Shown here in pieces: positions 19,207 through 27,765 of a stretch of DNA of 64,000 nt. The translations under genes were made by a program, and so were the position numbers. Numbering within the stretch: the stretch's first letter is position 1; every line of letters starts with the position of its first letter. This DNA is from Patescibacteria group bacterium. Lineage in GTDB: Bacteria > Patescibacteriota > Minisyncoccia > Phycocordibacterales > UBA9973. The notes below the pieces were generated by a model, which was not told the DNA's origin, did not search any database, and saw only the letters and a list, made by a program, of their open reading frames with translations. The stretch spans positions 6,673-70,672 of the forward strand of contig JAGWLB010000001.1 of the NCBI GenBank assembly GCA_028865035.1. The letters are read 5' to 3'.

Positions 19207-21483
19207 ATGGAAATTAAGGATTTTTTCTCAAATCAGAAAGATAATCAAAACACAGATACTATAAACGTAGTTGGCAAAAACAGAGACGTTAAAGACAATA
19301 AATCACTAAAAAGGATTTGGGGTAAGACGATAAATAGCAATTTTAATCAAAAAACTTATAAATCTTTTGATGGTCTTAGGAAAGATTTTAAAATTAAAAA
19401 AGATGATAATAGCAAGAAATTGATGAATAATATTGCTGAAAACTCGTTTAATGTGAGCCGGGAGAAATTTGAATCGAATTTTAATAAAAAATTCTCTAAA
19501 GATAAATATCCTGAATATAGCGAGGAGACGAAAAAAAACATATTAGCAAAAAAGATAGAAAAGATGAGATATGAGTTCGAAAATAAACCAGACAGAAGGT
19601 ATGAAGACACACTAATACCATTGAATGCAAAATCTTTAATAAAAGACAATAAAAATGCAACTGATAATGATATAATAAATTCATCATCTATGCCTGAGAA
19701 AAATGAACCTAAAATAGAATCTCCTGAAAAAAGTACTCTGAGTGCTGAGGATTTGAAGTTGCAGCAAGATTTATTTGTATCAGCCCAAAAATATGGAACT
19801 GCTTTGCGTGATAAATTAAATACAAATAGAAAAAACCCAAGATTTAAAAATGATTTAGAAATTTTTAATAAAAGCCCTTATGAATCACTGGGAATAGAGC
19901 TTAACAGACTAATAGATAACGGAGTGAATGCCTTAGAGAAAACTAAAAGTAAAGAAGAAAAAGAAATAATACTAAATAGAATAGTAGAAAATAAAATAAC
20001 ATTAAATAGCTTAAAATTAGCAATTAATAAGAATATAACTTTAAAGCAGGTAGAGGTATTATTTAAAGAAAAAGAAAAATCCATACAAGATGAACGTAAC
20101 GAAATTATTACAAAAATTGGTCAGATGCTAAGACAGGGTGTAGATAAAGTTGTAATACATGGACAAACAATTGAAAATGGAGATGAAGTAGAAATTAAAC
20201 CTGAATTTGGTGAAAATATTGATACAGATACACGAGGAGCTTTGTACTTCCTTAGCCTTTCTAAGGGAGTTAAATACAAAGAAGGATCTTATACACAGCT
20301 TGGTTTTAAAGGATCGAAAGTTGATAACGAAGAACCAATCATATCTAACGATCGAAAACAAGACAAAGTTGACACCACTCTTTATATCGATACTTCTGGA
20401 GAAAACCTATCATATAAAATTGGTATTGATGGTAAAGAAATATTTATCGATCATCATCATAAATATGACAACGCGAATTATACATCGGCGACAGAGCTTA
20501 TGTACGAAGTACTTACGAAGAATAAAATGATAAAGTCAGAACCATGGATGAAAAATATGGTTGATTTCGTTACAAATATAGATAATTTATCATACGCAAA
20601 TGACAAAAGATATAACTTAGAATTCTTAAAAAATAAATGGCCCGAGTCTATCATTGGAATTTATAAAAATGTACCATTTAGCAAAATAACTCAATGGTTC
20701 AAAGAAGGCAGGGATCCATTCAAACCAGAATTTACCGAAGCAGATTTAAATGAGGTGCTACCAAAAGTTGAATTAAGTAAAGACGCTGAAGGTAATACAA
20801 TAAAAAAGATAGGAGAAACAAAGCTGTTAGATATAATAAACGACAAAAGAAGAGAGATAGGGGCTGATATAAGTAATGCAAAATTAGCAATCGAACTTAT
20901 GAAAGCGAAGGGTATAAAATTAGAAAATGAACGATTGGGTAAAGTTTTGTATAATTTACAAGATAGACAACAAGAAATAAAAGATATGGGGACTGGAAGA
21001 AACCCAGTAAACAAAATCTATAATGGGTTTCTTGTTACAAAAGCACTAGGTTTAGATAGCTATGTTACATATCAAAATAAATACAATAGATTTTTGATTA
21101 ATACAAATAACCATAATTTAAGACCTATCTATGAAGAAATTAAGAAAATAGTACCGGAAACTGTGTTGGTTAGAGGTGTAATGTTAATGCAACCGCAAGG
21201 GCTATCTAAAAGAAAAGAAATGACAGAAGATAAATTCTTAAATTTGTTAGGATTAAAAAATGAAGTAGAAAAAAGAGATATGCCGACTGAACAAATTACT
21301 GATTTTGAAAAATTAATGAAAGAAATTAAATTAAAAAAAGAAAAAGTAGAGGAAATGAAAGCTAAAGAGGAAGAAATTAAAAATTATTTGAAAAAAATAG
21401 AGGATGCAAAATTAGATAATCAAAATAAAATAACACAAAATAGATTAACTGAGTATATAGATTTTGAAGATATAAAAAACTGA
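19207..21483 (+). CDS. Large Lys/Asn-rich protein with a central DHH-family (NrnA-like) phosphoesterase domain
   Basis: Motifs align with NrnA: DTDTRGALYFL (DxD...G-S/A), LYIDTSG (motif II), IFIDHHH (DHH), SATELMYEVL, VTNIDNLSYAND. No DHHA1 GGGH motif seen. N-terminal ~330 aa and C-terminal ~300 aa extensions are low-complexity or unassigned. Confidence 0.6.
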   Translation: MEIKDFFSNQKDNQNTDTINVVGKNRDVKDNKSLKRIWGKTINSNFNQKTYKSFDGLRKDFKIKKDDNSKKLMNNIAENSFNVSREKFESNFNKKFSKDKYPEYSEETKKNILAKKIEKMRYEFENKPDRRYEDTLIPLNAKSLIKDNKNATDNDIINSSSMPEKNEPKIESPEKSTLSAEDLKLQQDLFVSAQKYGTALRDKLNTNRKNPRFKNDLEIFNKSPYESLGIELNRLIDNGVNALEKTKSKEEKEIILNRIVENKITLNSLKLAINKNITLKQVEVLFKEKEKSIQDERNEIITKIGQMLRQGVDKVVIHGQTIENGDEVEIKPEFGENIDTDTRGALYFLSLSKGVKYKEGSYTQLGFKGSKVDNEEPIISNDRKQDKVDTTLYIDTSGENLSYKIGIDGKEIFIDHHHKYDNANYTSATELMYEVLTKNKMIKSEPWMKNMVDFVTNIDNLSYANDKRYNLEFLKNKWPESIIGIYKNVPFSKITQWFKEGRDPFKPEFTEADLNEVLPKVELSKDAEGNTIKKIGETKLLDIINDKRREIGADISNAKLAIELMKAKGIKLENERLGKVLYNLQDRQQEIKDMGTGRNPVNKIYNGFLVTKALGLDSYVTYQNKYNRFLINTNNHNLRPIYEEIKKIVPETVLVRGVMLMQPQGLSKRKEMTEDKFLNLLGLKNEVEKRDMPTEQITDFEKLMKEIKLKKEKVEEMKAKEEEIKNYLKKIEDAKLDNQNKITQNRLTEYIDFEDIKN

Positions 21484-21496
21484 TAGACTAAATATT

Positions 21497-23551
21497 ATGT
21501 CAGAAAATACAGAACAAAAAAATAAAGAAATAGAAGAAATGGAGAAAGAACTTAGAGAGCTAGAAGCTTCTAAGATTATTGAAGCAGAGGAGCTTAAAAA
21601 AATGGAGATAGATGCCATTAAAAAAGCGAAAGAATTGGGTAAATCTCGGGAAGAATTAATTGCAGAAAATTTTAATGAATCTGATATTGATGAAGTCTAT
21701 GGCTTAAAAGATAGTACCAACCCAGGAAAAACTCAAAAAGCGAATGAGGGCATCAATCAACAAGATGCAGAAGTCAGTACGGCTGATAATAATGATGGGA
21801 ACGAGAAAAATAAAGCCGAAGAAGCCTTATTAGAAAAAGAAGTAGAAGATACTCGTGAAGCATATATAAAAGAATATTTTAACTGTAAAAAAGAGGCGGA
21901 AAGAGAATTTAAAATAGAGAAAACGCGTATAGCCACTTATAATATATTATCTGGAATTAATAATACTTTCTCAAATAACAAATTAAAAAAAGATAAATTT
22001 AGAGAAGAAGATTATTTTAAAGGAAAATATAAAGAATTAAAGAAAGCATATGATCAGGCTGTTACAGATATGGGGAACTATCTCTATAATAAGAAAGTAT
22101 CAGAACTAAAATCGAAAGGTATCTCTGATCAAGAACTAGAAGAAAAGCTTAATAAATATCAAGCAACGGAAATCTTGGTAAAAACAGTTATAAATGAGCA
22201 GAAAAAATTGATCGATGCTAAAAAAAGTAGAGCACCGATAGATCCAACTCTGTGGAAGAAATTAACTGATGGTTATCATAATATAAAACCAGAATGGAGA
22301 AGAGTAGCTCTAAGTACATTACTAGTACTTATGCCAAACGCTACAGTTGATAACATAAAAGAACTACCGCATAGCGATAATGTAAATAAAACCACTATTT
22401 CTAAGGAACATATTTTTAAAGATACTACCAAGAATACTCATATACTGAATAATAAATCTGAAGATATAAATAAAAGTAATAATGTTGCTAATAGTGATAG
22501 CAGTATTAATAAAGTACCGACTCAAGTTAATCCAGAAACAGATACAGTTATAAACACTCCTCATATTAATGATACGGTGGATGACAAAGTACCGACTCAA
22601 GTTAATCCAGAAACAGGTTTAGTGACAAATACTCCTCATATTAAAAATACAGCTGAATTAAAAACTGAGTCCAATAATGTTCCTGAAACAAACAATAAAA
22701 ACTTAGATGGGAATCAGGTTACTCGATCTAATAACAATATCTATAGTACACATAGAGAAGATAATGTTTACCCAAATGGGCAAACATATATGAGCACAAA
22801 TGGAATAGAAGAAGAGCGGATGCGTGAAGTAGAACAAATGAGAAATCTTGATCGAGCTCAAAACAGAATCGATCGTTATGGTATCAATATTGCTTCTGAC
22901 CCTAGACACTTAGAAACTACTGCTGATGTAAGACGTGCCTTTGGTGGTGAAAACGTTATTATAGATAGGCCAGAAAGTAATACTATAAATAACATTAGAT
23001 ACGAGGACTGGAATCGAGCAGCAGAGCATACTTTTGAGCAAAAGGGGGTTCGTTTTGCCTCGTATGCTGAATATGAAAAAGAGATTCAACTTCAGGAACT
23101 TTTTGGCTATGGTGAAGTAGGGGTGGAATACGTGTCTTCTCTTGGTAGGAATGTCAATGTGATAAAAATGAGTTATTTCCGTCAGACACCAGGATGGTCA
23201 ATTATAAGGAAGATTCCCGCTAGAGATTTTTTCAGCTTTGATAGAAATACATTAAGCAATCACGAAATAAAAGAACTTGTTAAAACTGGGTTTTTAAAAG
23301 ATAGAATCATAAATCTTGGACAGCATAGTTACTCTTTTGTTCAACAAGGAGAATTAGAAAGACTGGCTGATTTTTTCTCAAAGATAGATCCATTTAATGC
23401 AGGTCCAATAGGTGATGAAAATATTGAAAACTATATTAGTCGTCTAACAAAGCATATACACCAGACAGAAGATGGAACACTGTTTTTATTCAGAAAAGGT
23501 GGAAGCATTAATGACGAAATTATTAATAATGGTATGGTTAGAAGACCATAA
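21497..23551 (+). CDS. Hypothetical protein: N-terminal coiled-coil, internal tandem 23-aa repeat, unassigned ~300-aa C-terminal domain
   Basis: 684-aa ORF; repeat KVPTQVNPET(D/G)xVxNTPHI x2; no recognisable catalytic motif. Confidence 0.55.
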   Translation: MSENTEQKNKEIEEMEKELRELEASKIIEAEELKKMEIDAIKKAKELGKSREELIAENFNESDIDEVYGLKDSTNPGKTQKANEGINQQDAEVSTADNNDGNEKNKAEEALLEKEVEDTREAYIKEYFNCKKEAEREFKIEKTRIATYNILSGINNTFSNNKLKKDKFREEDYFKGKYKELKKAYDQAVTDMGNYLYNKKVSELKSKGISDQELEEKLNKYQATEILVKTVINEQKKLIDAKKSRAPIDPTLWKKLTDGYHNIKPEWRRVALSTLLVLMPNATVDNIKELPHSDNVNKTTISKEHIFKDTTKNTHILNNKSEDINKSNNVANSDSSINKVPTQVNPETDTVINTPHINDTVDDKVPTQVNPETGLVTNTPHIKNTAELKTESNNVPETNNKNLDGNQVTRSNNNIYSTHREDNVYPNGQTYMSTNGIEEERMREVEQMRNLDRAQNRIDRYGINIASDPRHLETTADVRRAFGGENVIIDRPESNTINNIRYEDWNRAAEHTFEQKGVRFASYAEYEKEIQLQELFGYGEVGVEYVSSLGRNVNVIKMSYFRQTPGWSIIRKIPARDFFSFDRNTLSNHEIKELVKTGFLKDRIINLGQHSYSFVQQGELERLADFFSKIDPFNAGPIGDENIENYISRLTKHIHQTEDGTLFLFRKGGSINDEIINNGMVRRP
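22515..22652 (+). repeat. 2 x 69-bp tandem direct repeat inside the CDS
   Basis: gtaccgactcaagttaatccagaaacag...actcctcatatta repeated with a few substitutions. Confidence 0.7.
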
Positions 23552-23564
23552 AAATACTAGTAAT

Positions 23565-23873
23565 ATGTTAGACAACATAGACAACAAAATAATAGAGATA
23601 TTGGGCATTAATAAACTTTCAGAAAATGAACGAAAGGAAGTGGTAGAAAAATTGGGAGCCCTAATATACCAAGGAGTGATGCTTCGTGCCTTAGATATTA
23701 TGGATGAAGAAGATAGAGACACTTTTGAGAAGCTCATTTCAGAAAATTCTGATCCGGAAGTAATTTTTACTTTTGTTGCTGAAAAAATACCAGACATTAA
23801 TGAAATAATCTCAGAAGAAACTGAAAAACTTAAAGATTATGTTACTGATATTATGAGCGGAATCGGGAAATAG
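23565..23873 (+). CDS. Small acidic hypothetical protein (~102 aa)
   Basis: Start placed at MLDNIDNK, just after the stop of the upstream gene; no domain recognised. Confidence 0.4.
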   Translation: MLDNIDNKIIEILGINKLSENERKEVVEKLGALIYQGVMLRALDIMDEEDRDTFEKLISENSDPEVIFTFVAEKIPDINEIISEETEKLKDYVTDIMSGIGK

Positions 23874-23894
23874 AAACAAAAATGATACAATGTA

Positions 23895-25829
23895 GTGCTC
23901 ATGAATTATTTAGAATCTTTAAATGACAAACAAAAAGAGGCTGTTCTGTATACAGAAGGCCCTCTTTTAATTGTCGCGGGTGCGGGTGCGGGCAAAACAA
24001 AGACTATTACTCATCGTATTATTCATCTTATACATCAAGGAATAAACCCTGAAGCAATATTAGCTGTAACTTTTACGAATAAGGCAGCAAAAGAAATGCG
24101 AGACAGAGTGATGACCTTGCTAGAGAATCCAAATAATGGCAACCAAATTTATCCGGTAGATGGAATACCTTTTGTTTCAACTTTTCACTCATTGGGGGTT
24201 CGTATTATCAAAGAACGCGCACATCTGATAGGGTTAACCAAGCATTTCGCTATTATCGATGAGCACGATGCTCTTGTAATCATAAAAGACGCTATGAAGG
24301 CTGCTGATATCGATCCAAAACAATACGAACCTCGTAAAATCAAAAGTATAATATCAAAAGCAAAAGGAGATTTTATTACTTCAGAGACATACGAGAGAAA
24401 CGCAGCAAGTAGCCTCCAGAGTATTGTCGCTCGAATTTGGCGAGATTATGAGAGAACATTAAAAAAAGAAAAAGCACTGGACTTTGATGATTTGCTACTT
24501 GAAACTGTTTTAATTCTCAAAAAATATCCAGAAATAAAAAAAGAATATCAGGACAGATGGAAATATATTCACATAGATGAATATCAGGATACTAACGAAG
24601 TTCAATATGAACTCGTAAAGTTATTAGTTGGTAAAGAAGAAAATATTTGCGTAGTTGGTGATACTGACCAGAATATTTATAGCTGGCGTGGGGCAAATAT
24701 TAAAAATATGCTAAATTTTGAAAAAGATTATCCAAACGCAAAAATCATAATGCTTGAACAGAATTATCGTTCAACTAAAAATATTATTGAAGCAGCGAAT
24801 AATGTCATAAAGAAAAATCAGTACCGTGTAGATAAAACACTTTTCACAGACAACCAAAAAGGTGAGGTAATAAGTGTGTATGAGGCTTACGACGAAGTAC
24901 ACGAAGGAGAATTCGTAGCTAAAGAAATAGAAAAATTATTACAAACCAACGACCCTGAAGATATCGCTGTCTTGTATCGGGCAAATTTTCAATCAAGAGT
25001 ACTTGAGGAATCCTTACTTAGTAGACAGATACCTTATCAAGTTTTAGGTGTAAAATTCTTTGAACGAAAAGAAATAAAAGATTTATTATCTTATATCCGT
25101 GCTGCATACAACAGAGAAAGCTTGTCTGATATAAAAAGAATTATAAATACACCATCTCGTGGTATTGGTAAAGTTACTTTACTTAAAATTTTCTCTAATC
25201 AGATTGAGAATTTACCAGCTGGGATGCAGTTGAAAATAAGTTTGTTCTACAAACTACTAGATAATATAAAAGAATATGCTTCTACTCACACACCTTCGGA
25301 ATCTATAAAATACGTTATCAAAGAAAGTGGACTTGAAGAGCAGTTATCGAATGGTCCTAGCGATGAACAAGAGCGTCTGGAGAATATGAAAGAGTTGGTC
25401 ACACTCGCAACTAAGTATGACACTTTACCTCAAGAGATCGGCCTCGATAAATTACTTGAGGATGCTTCACTTGCAAGTGACCAAGATACATTGATGCATA
25501 AAGGTAAGGGAGTCAAACTTATGACAGTTCATGCTTCCAAAGGTCTTGAATTTAAATACGTATTTGTCACTGGACTTGAACAAGATCTTTTTCCTCACAC
25601 AAGAAACGGTAGCAAATCAAAAGAAGACGCTGAAGAAGAGCGCAGACTTTTCTATGTGGCACTAACTAGAGCCGAACAGAAATTATATCTGTCCTATGCG
25701 TCAATGCGCACTATATTCGGTAGTAAACAAATAAATACACCCAGTGAATTCATTTATGACATACCAGAGAATCTTACAGAATTTGAACAAGGAAAATTTG
25801 GGAATGGAGAAAAGGTAGTTTATTTATAA
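23895..25829 (+). CDS. pcrA: ATP-dependent DNA helicase PcrA/UvrD family
   Basis: AGAGAGKTKTITHRI Walker A, DEYQDTN, VGDTDQNIYSWRGA, NYRST; superfamily 1A helicase motifs. Confidence 0.85.
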   Translation: MLMNYLESLNDKQKEAVLYTEGPLLIVAGAGAGKTKTITHRIIHLIHQGINPEAILAVTFTNKAAKEMRDRVMTLLENPNNGNQIYPVDGIPFVSTFHSLGVRIIKERAHLIGLTKHFAIIDEHDALVIIKDAMKAADIDPKQYEPRKIKSIISKAKGDFITSETYERNAASSLQSIVARIWRDYERTLKKEKALDFDDLLLETVLILKKYPEIKKEYQDRWKYIHIDEYQDTNEVQYELVKLLVGKEENICVVGDTDQNIYSWRGANIKNMLNFEKDYPNAKIIMLEQNYRSTKNIIEAANNVIKKNQYRVDKTLFTDNQKGEVISVYEAYDEVHEGEFVAKEIEKLLQTNDPEDIAVLYRANFQSRVLEESLLSRQIPYQVLGVKFFERKEIKDLLSYIRAAYNRESLSDIKRIINTPSRGIGKVTLLKIFSNQIENLPAGMQLKISLFYKLLDNIKEYASTHTPSESIKYVIKESGLEEQLSNGPSDEQERLENMKELVTLATKYDTLPQEIGLDKLLEDASLASDQDTLMHKGKGVKLMTVHASKGLEFKYVFVTGLEQDLFPHTRNGSKSKEDAEEERRLFYVALTRAEQKLYLSYASMRTIFGSKQINTPSEFIYDIPENLTEFEQGKFGNGEKVVYL

Positions 25830-25968
25830 TAAAATTTTGCAATTATATACAAAATAAAATATTCACGAGAGAACCCTTGCGCAGGCTGCCGAGCCGAGCA
25901 GAGAAAATTTTCAGTAGAAAATTATTCGTGGTGAATCCGAGAATATTTTATTAAGTATATATGCTATT

Positions 25969-26778
25969 ATGATAATCATGATTCATCGCGCGAAGAAATC
26001 TTTAGGCCAAAACTTTCTTAAGTCTATACCAGCATTGAATATGATGTGTGAAGCGGGTAATGTCAGTATCGCAGATACGATACTTGAGATAGGTCCTGGT
26101 AAAGGTGCTCTAACGGAAAAACTTTTAGAAAAAGCAGGTCATGTAATAGCCATAGAAAAAGACCACGAACTTCTTGCGTTTCTAAAAGAAAAGTTTCAGG
26201 AAGAGATAGGGGATAAAAAATTAGAATTAATATATGGAGATATATTAGATTTTGATCCAAGTTCTATTGGGCTAAAAGAGTCAGAGTATAAAATCATTAG
26301 CAATATCCCTTACAATATTACAGGATCAATATTTAAGAAATTTCTTTCGGAAACTATTCAACCTTCGTTAATGATTCTACTTGTACAAAAAGAGGTTGCT
26401 GAGCGTATTGTGGCTCGGGACAGCAAAGAGAGTATTCTATCATTGAGTGTAAAAGCTTACGGTAATCCTAAATATATGATGAAAGTGGGTAAACGTTTCT
26501 TTTCTCCAAGCCCAAAAGTTGACTCGGCTATTATAGCAATTACAGATATTTCAAAGAAAAATTTTAATAACAATAAAAATCTAGAAGTAAAATTCTTTGA
26601 AATTATAAAAGCTTCTTTTGCCCACAAACGTAAGGTTCTGAGGAAAAATTTAGAATCTTTAACTTCAGCTGAAAAAATACACGGGTTGTTTAGTCTCCTT
26701 AATATTAATCCTCAGGCAAGGGCTGAGGATTTACATTTCTCTGTGTGGCTAAAAATAGCCAACTTTTTGAATGAATAA
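25969..26778 (+). CDS. rsmA: 16S rRNA (adenine1518/1519-N6)-dimethyltransferase
   Basis: SLGQNFL, EIGPGKGALT, NIPYNIT motifs; likely start at MIHRAKK (25978). Confidence 0.85.
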   Translation: MIIMIHRAKKSLGQNFLKSIPALNMMCEAGNVSIADTILEIGPGKGALTEKLLEKAGHVIAIEKDHELLAFLKEKFQEEIGDKKLELIYGDILDFDPSSIGLKESEYKIISNIPYNITGSIFKKFLSETIQPSLMILLVQKEVAERIVARDSKESILSLSVKAYGNPKYMMKVGKRFFSPSPKVDSAIIAITDISKKNFNNNKNLEVKFFEIIKASFAHKRKVLRKNLESLTSAEKIHGLFSLLNINPQARAEDLHFSVWLKIANFLNE

Positions 26779-26860
26779 CTAGGTTATTCGCAATAAAATA
26801 TAGTATAATATTCTCATATGAGGCATATTTTTAATACTTATTTGTATATATCTAGTAAAA

Positions 26861-27739
26861 ATGAATAAGTACTTACCAAGCAGACAATTCATAATTAGAG
26901 TCATAGTGATTGCCATAATTATTTCGGTTGCCTTTGGTATCTATAAATTAGTAATTTATTTTAAAAATAAAACAAGCCAAAAAACTTCATTGAAAGTTTT
27001 AGTTAAAGATTTAGTCCAGAAAGATACAAATAATAATGGTATTCCAGATTGGGAAGAATCACTTTGGGGTCTTGATCCGACTACAAATGGCCCTGCAAAC
27101 AAAGAATTTATATTAGCCAAGAGAGCAGCTCTTGCAAAAGATACTACTGTCCCAAAACTTTCTGACGGTATAACTCCATCCAAAGAAAACGAAGCTTTAT
27201 CTCAAGAATTCTTTGCTGTCATTATGTCTCTCCAACAGACTGGCAACTTAGATAGTGCTTCAATGCAATCAGTTGCTGATGCTATAAGTAAAAAAGTAGT
27301 TGCTACACCAATACCTGACATATATACCAAAGATATGGCAGTTATTGAAGACGATGGCACATTACCAATGATAGAATACTATACTGCTTACTTAAATCTA
27401 AATAATAAATATTATAAAGATGATGGTATCGGTACGGAGCTTTCTTTAATTGCCGTAGCATTAAGAGATAAAGACCAAGGAGCCTTAGACCAGGTAGGGA
27501 AAATAGGTGAGGCTTACAAAGCAATGGGTAAAGATCTTATGAAGATACCCGTACCGACAACATTTTTAGCGAATCATTTAGATTTAGCGAATAACTATGA
27601 AAAAATAGGAGAGTCTATCGACGATATGACGAAGATGCTTTCCGATCCAATGGTGGGTATGAGAGCATTTATAAATTACAACAAATACAGCGATGCATTA
27701 GCTAACGATATCAGTTTTCTTTCAGACAATTATAAATAA
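26861..27739 (+). CDS. Hypothetical bitopic membrane protein with a calcium-binding-loop-like motif; first gene of the T4SS-like cluster
   Basis: N-terminal TM; DTNNNGIPDWEE resembles DxDxDGxxDxxE loops. Confidence 0.5.
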   Translation: MNKYLPSRQFIIRVIVIAIIISVAFGIYKLVIYFKNKTSQKTSLKVLVKDLVQKDTNNNGIPDWEESLWGLDPTTNGPANKEFILAKRAALAKDTTVPKLSDGITPSKENEALSQEFFAVIMSLQQTGNLDSASMQSVADAISKKVVATPIPDIYTKDMAVIEDDGTLPMIEYYTAYLNLNNKYYKDDGIGTELSLIAVALRDKDQGALDQVGKIGEAYKAMGKDLMKIPVPTTFLANHLDLANNYEKIGESIDDMTKMLSDPMVGMRAFINYNKYSDALANDISFLSDNYK

Positions 27740-27765
27740 AAATGATATAATATTATTGACTATCT

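Noticed and set aside
23895-25829. UvrD-family helicase as part of a defence module with the upstream orphan genes
   Set aside because: It has the full complement of PcrA/UvrD housekeeping motifs and normal size for a reduced genome; no nuclease or ATPase partner of Gabija/Hachiman type is adjacent.
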